From an uncultured Piscirickettsiaceae bacterium (lineage in GTDB: Bacteria; Pseudomonadota; Gammaproteobacteria; Thiomicrospirales; Thiomicrospiraceae), in contig CAYRSN010000003.1 of the NCBI GenBank assembly GCA_964427185.1, positions 307 through 64,306 on the forward strand: DNA of 64,000 bases, written 5' to 3'. Positions 60,019-64,000 of this stretch are shown one piece after another. The notes beneath the pieces were generated by a model. It had not been told where the DNA came from. It made no database searches and was given only the letters and a program-made list of their open reading frames with translations. A program made the position numbers and the translations under genes. The stretch's first letter is position 1; each line of letters starts with the position of its first letter.

Positions 60019-60303
60019 TTACTCCTTATCCAGGCGTCCTACGGCACAGCTGACAAAAGACTTGGCCTTCGCCCCCATGGCCTTTAACCCTTCAACACTG
60101 CCGGTTTCCGGATAGCCCATGGCAGCAAGCTTTTCCACCACTTGCCTGCGTGAGTGCTCATCTCCCGACACCTGCACACAACCCTCCTCAATATCTACGG
60201 CAACATCTTCAACCCCTTCAAGCGCCATCAGTGTTTTACGGATACTGTTGGCACATCCGCCGCATTTGATATTGTCAACCTTTACCGTATAAGGCATACT
60301 CAT
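60019..60303 (-). CDS. Heavy-metal-associated (HMA/CopZ-like) domain protein with a C-terminal extension
   Basis: The ferredoxin-like pattern [43 protein letters not shown] carries a CxxC metal loop. 94 aa. The stop abuts the parC ATG. Confidence 0.7.
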   Translation of the reverse strand: MSMPYTVKVDNIKCGGCANSIRKTLMALEGVEDVAVDIEEGCVQVSGDEHSRRQVVEKLAAMGYPETGSVEGLKAMGAKAKSFVSCAVGRLDKE

Positions 60304-60333
60304 ACCCTCCCATTGATTTAAAAGGTCATTATA

Positions 60334-60708
60334 GTGGCAGAAAAGCTTCCGCCTATACGAGTAGAAACAGACCGCACCGTGCAGATCACTGGTGGAAACC
60401 GTAGCGTTAAAGGTAAACTTCTGGAACTTTCCCTCACAGACGCCCTGATTAACAGTCCGGCCAATGCAAAAGCCGGTACAAAGTTACGGTTAAAGTTTGA
60501 TATTCCCGCCGGTGATCGCTTTGCGGAGGTGACCGTATTTGGCAAAGTGACCCGTGCCTCAAACTTCCAAGGGCGTTATTTACTCAATATTCAGTTCGAT
60601 ACCTTACCCACCCGGGCACAAAAAGATATTCAAGCATTCATCGACTTCAAACAAAGACTGAAAAAAATGAGTGTACGCCCCGGCGGCAGTAGCTATGCTT
60701 CAGAGTAG
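60334..60708 (+). CDS. PilZ-like domain protein (degenerate motifs)
   Basis: 124 aa with a GTG start. The beta-barrel-like pattern reads RVETDR...GKLLELSLTDALI...AEVTVFGKVTR...YLLNIQFDTL. The c-di-GMP motifs RxxxR and D/NxSxxG are only approximated. Confidence 0.5.
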   Translation: MAEKLPPIRVETDRTVQITGGNRSVKGKLLELSLTDALINSPANAKAGTKLRLKFDIPAGDRFAEVTVFGKVTRASNFQGRYLLNIQFDTLPTRAQKDIQAFIDFKQRLKKMSVRPGGSSYASE

Positions 60709-61766
60709 GCATAAGGCTCAGGTAAAACTGTCGTCTCCTGCCCCAGCAACATATCCCGCAACAGCTGTGCAGACGCAATAGAAGTCACAACACCATTACG
60801 AAAGTGACCCGTATTAACCCAAAGATGATCATGCGGCACCGCTGCACCGATCACTGGAATACTGTTCGCTTTTCCCGGGCGCAAACCTGCCCAATGATGC
60901 ACGACACCAAACATTTCAAGTTCCGGATAGTGAGACAAAGCAAACTGTATCAATGCTTCACGCTCGCTACTCGTCGGTGTTTTATCAAACCCAACCTCCT
61001 CCAATGTGGAGCCCACCACCACTAACCCGTCTCGTCGGGGAATCAGATAACGCCCCTGCTCCATCACCATATGCTTTAAAAAGCCGGGCGGTGCATCAAA
61101 AGCGATCATCTGACCTTTCACGGGCTTCACTGGCAAAGGGAGTAGCGCGCCACTCCATGCACCAGCAGCCAGCACTGCATCCTGTGCTTGCCAGCGTACC
61201 GAAGGCGTATGAATGATCGGCCGCGCACCTTTGAACTCAATGGCCTCAACAGGCGTATGCTCCATAATATCAACCCCCTTAAGCAGCAAGGCCTTTTTCA
61301 AGGCCTTCATCAACCGAGGGTTACGCAGGCTTGCAATCTCCGGCATCCACAGCCCAAGCCTGCGCGTCGTCTGCAAACGCGGCTCAAACAGCGCAAGCTC
61401 GCGGTCAGTCAGGATATCCAGCCGATATCCCCATTTTTCACACCACTGCTGTGCAGTTTCCCACTGCTCACTATCGAGCATCAGCATGCCCGTAGGGAAA
61501 TACTCCGGATCAATACCGGTCAGTTCAAACAACTCTGCAGATAAAGCTTCAAACTGCGACTGACTGACCTGCGCCAACATATTGACCGCATCCGGATATT
61601 GCCATGGATACATGGGCGACAGAATACCGCCTCCTGCCCATGAAGCTTCACGGCCACAGACGTGACGCTCCAACACGGTAACATGACGACCTGCCTGCTG
61701 CAAAAACCAGGCACTCATCAAGCCGCTGATACCGCCACCGATAATCAGCACATCCGCCTGCTTCAC
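60693..61766 (-). CDS. thiO: FAD-dependent oxidoreductase, glycine oxidase ThiO-like
   Basis: The dinucleotide fold is DVLIIGGGISGLMSAWFLQQAGRHVTVLE. It is followed by EASWAGGGILSP, as in the DAO/ThiO family. The GTG start overlaps the lspA stop (GTGA). Confidence 0.5.
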   Translation of the reverse strand: MKQADVLIIGGGISGLMSAWFLQQAGRHVTVLERHVCGREASWAGGGILSPMYPWQYPDAVNMLAQVSQSQFEALSAELFELTGIDPEYFPTGMLMLDSEQWETAQQWCEKWGYRLDILTDRELALFEPRLQTTRRLGLWMPEIASLRNPRLMKALKKALLLKGVDIMEHTPVEAIEFKGARPIIHTPSVRWQAQDAVLAAGAWSGALLPLPVKPVKGQMIAFDAPPGFLKHMVMEQGRYLIPRRDGLVVVGSTLEEVGFDKTPTSSEREALIQFALSHYPELEMFGVVHHWAGLRPGKANSIPVIGAAVPHDHLWVNTGHFRNGVVTSIASAQLLRDMLLGQETTVLPEPYAYSEA

Positions 61767-62281
61767 GCCTTAGGCTCCGTGCGCTTTTTCAATACGAACT
61801 CTTGCAAAATCAGACAAAATGCCCCCACGCTGATGGCCACATCTGCCACATTAAAAGTAGCGTAGTGCCAGCTACCCCAGTAAAAGTCAAAAAAATCTGT
61901 TACCCGTCCATCCAGCAGGCGCTCAATCAGGTTACCCAAAGCGCCACCAATAACCAGCCACAGCGCGCCACTTTCACAATTCAACCGTGGAGGAAGCTTA
62001 CGCAGCCACCAGAGCATACCTGCCACCATGACAACACCCAGCACCACGAATGCCCAGCGCTGCCAACCTCCCGCATCCGCCAAAAAGCTAAAAGCTGCAC
62101 CAGTGTTGTAGTTAAGCATCAGGTTAAAATGTGGCAATACGGCTACCGGCTGCATAAAGGTCAAATAGGTGTTCGCCGCCCATTTACTGAGCAGATCCAG
62201 CACCAGTGCCGCCATGCCCAGCCACCAGTATTTAAGTGCAGAGTTATGCAAAGCGACGAACCTCGCCTTCACCAGATACAT
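61763..62281 (-). CDS. lspA: Lipoprotein signal peptidase (signal peptidase II)
   Basis: Contains [25 protein letters not shown] and [12 protein letters not shown], with four TM segments. It follows ileS, as is canonical. The start may be the TTG at 62251 rather than the ATG at 62281, which overlaps ileS by 38 nt. Confidence 0.9.
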   Translation of the reverse strand: MYLVKARFVALHNSALKYWWLGMAALVLDLLSKWAANTYLTFMQPVAVLPHFNLMLNYNTGAAFSFLADAGGWQRWAFVVLGVVMVAGMLWWLRKLPPRLNCESGALWLVIGGALGNLIERLLDGRVTDFFDFYWGSWHYATFNVADVAISVGAFCLILQEFVLKKRTEPKA

Positions 62282-64000
62282 TCGTCACACAACGGCTGCA
62301 CAGGTCAGGGTAATCCGCATCAGCACCTACATCGGCACGGTGATGCCAGCAACGCACACACTTGGGCTTATCCGTGGGGCTGGCTACAATCCATAATCCG
62401 GCAATGCCTTCAGCCGCCTGCGCCACCTCTGGCCGATCCTCTGCCGGAAACACCTTCGCATCGGAAGTGATCATAACAAAACGTAGTTCATCCCCCAGGC
62501 GCATCAGGTCTTCATAAAGCGGGGGTTCAACATAGAGCGTAATTTCCGCTGTTAGAGAACCTTTAATCTCTCCGGCATTACGCATCGCCTCCAACTGCTT
62601 ATTGACCGCTTTACGCACCGACAATAAACATGTCCAGTAAGCACTGTTCAATGCCTGATCTTCATCCAGATGCACCAAGCCGTCATACCACTCTTCGGTA
62701 AAAATAGTTTCCTCTCGCTGACCCGGCATATAGCGCCAGATTTCCTCAGCCGTAAAACTCAAAATTGGAGCTATCCAACGTACCAAGGCCTCCAGTACAT
62801 GATACAGTGCCGTCTGTGCCGAACGCCGTGGCTGAGAGTCAGCCTGTGTGGTGTACTGCCGATCCTTAATAATATCCAGGTAGAATGCACCTAAGTCTTC
62901 CGAACAGAAGTTATGCACCAGCTGACTGATACGATGAAAGTTATAATCGGCATAAGCCTGTTTGATTTCCGTCTGCAAGGTATGTGCGCGACCGATGACC
63001 CACTGATCCAATGGCAGCAACTGCTCATATGCTAAAGCATTCTGCCCTGGTTCAAAGCCATGCAGGTTAGCCAGCATGAAACGTGCCGTATTACGAATGC
63101 GACGATAAGCATCTGCAGTACGTTTGATAATTTCATCCGACACGCTCATCTCATAACGGTAATCCGCACCCGCAATCCACAGCCGCAAAATATCTGCACC
63201 GTATTTGTTCATGATCTCCTGAGGTGCGACCACATTCCCCAGCGACTTTGACATCTTGCGTCCTTGGGCATCCACGGTAAAACCATGGGTCAGCACTTGC
63301 TTATAAGGTGCCTGCCCATCCATCGCCAAAGCAGTCAGCAGGCTAGACTGGAACCAGCCGCGATGCTGGTCAGACCCTTCCAGATACAGATCTGCCGGAC
63401 GTGTCAACTCTGCACGCTGGGCACAAACTGTATAATGCGTAACACCAGAGTCAAACCACACATCCAGAATATCAGTGACTTTCTCATAATCCGCCGCCTC
63501 ATCTCCGATCAGCTCAGCCAGATCAAGGTCATACCAGGCATCAATGGAACCCTGCTCAATACGCTGCGCAATCGGTTCTATCAATTCGGCCATACGCGGG
63601 TGCAGCTCACCGGTTTCTTTGTGCACAACAAAGGTAATGGGCACGCCCCAGTGGCGCTGGCGGGAGATACACCAGTCCGGCCGCCCTTCAATCATTTTTT
63701 CAATACGGTTGCGCCCCCACTCCGGCACCCACTGCACCTGCGGGATAGCTTCCAGTGCCTGCTGACGCAGATTTTGACAATCCATGCTGATAAACCACTG
63801 GGAAGTAGTGCGGAAAATAAGAGGGGTTTTAGTACGCCAGCAATGCGGGTAGCTATGGGTGATTTTTTCATGGTGTACCAGTGCCCCCTTTTCTTCAAGC
63901 AGATCAATAACTTGTTGATCCGCCTTATGCACATGCACACCTTCAAAGCCGGGCGCCTCTTTGGTAAATACACCGCGACCGTCCACTGGACAAAGCACTT
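62244..64000 (-). CDS. ileS: Isoleucyl-tRNA synthetase, C-terminal approx 585 aa; the 5' end lies outside the window
   Basis: Contains the KMSKS loop ([12 protein letters not shown]), an anticodon-binding region, and the C-terminal zinc motif KCVRCWHH...LCSRC. The frame is open to the window edge. Confidence 0.95.
   Translation of the reverse strand, partial: VLCPVDGRGVFTKEAPGFEGVHVHKADQQVIDLLEEKGALVHHEKITHSYPHCWRTKTPLIFRTTSQWFISMDCQNLRQQALEAIPQVQWVPEWGRNRIEKMIEGRPDWCISRQRHWGVPITFVVHKETGELHPRMAELIEPIAQRIEQGSIDAWYDLDLAELIGDEAADYEKVTDILDVWFDSGVTHYTVCAQRAELTRPADLYLEGSDQHRGWFQSSLLTALAMDGQAPYKQVLTHGFTVDAQGRKMSKSLGNVVAPQEIMNKYGADILRLWIAGADYRYEMSVSDEIIKRTADAYRRIRNTARFMLANLHGFEPGQNALAYEQLLPLDQWVIGRAHTLQTEIKQAYADYNFHRISQLVHNFCSEDLGAFYLDIIKDRQYTTQADSQPRRSAQTALYHVLEALVRWIAPILSFTAEEIWRYMPGQREETIFTEEWYDGLVHLDEDQALNSAYWTCLLSVRKAVNKQLEAMRNAGEIKGSLTAEITLYVEPPLYEDLMRLGDELRFVMITSDAKVFPAEDRPEVAQAAEGIAGLWIVASPTDKPKCVRCWHHRADVGADADYPDLCSRCVTNVSGEGEVRRFA

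Overview
This looks like a chromosomal segment of a gammaproteobacterium. Gene order resembles Pseudomonas and E. coli, and GC is roughly 48-50% by eye.

- **Left edge:** the tail of a type I secretion operon (HlyD adaptor, a nested LuxR-type regulator, TolC), then uvrA and a tatD-tcdA pair.
- **Centre (7.6-39.1 kb, all minus strand):** one uninterrupted translation/transcription superoperon of 40 protein genes and 4 tRNAs. The order is tRNA-Tyr/Gly/Thr, tuf, tRNA-Trp, secE, nusG, rplKAJL, rpoBC, rpsLG, fusA, tuf, then the S10, spc and alpha operons. Sigma70-like promoters, attenuator hairpins and a long RNase III-like stem are readable. rpmJ is missing from its usual secY-rpsM slot. The two tuf copies appear nucleotide-identical.
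- **39-50 kb:** bioA, ychF-pth-rplY-prs-tRNA-Gln, a TPR lipoprotein, and hemA-prfA-prmC-moeB. prmC carries an odd in-frame insert.
- **50.0-57.7 kb (least ordinary part):** a same-strand run of motA, motB, an LPP20 lipoprotein, a 589-aa secreted protein with a beta-barrel-like tail, a 402-aa lipoprotein, a 375-aa protein with a Tat-like signal and PEGA-like domain, and an MltC-type lytic transglycosylase. No other flagellar, chemotaxis, Tol-Pal or Ton genes occur in the window. This is my best candidate for an undescribed proton-motive-force-coupled envelope system, or alternatively a new kind of stator scaffold.
- **Right edge:** an HMA-domain gene abutting parC, a degenerate PilZ-like gene, a ThiO-like oxidase, lspA and a truncated ileS.

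I saw no rRNA, CRISPR array, transposase, integrase or phage genes. All family calls rest on motif-level reading of the translations, because no database search was possible.
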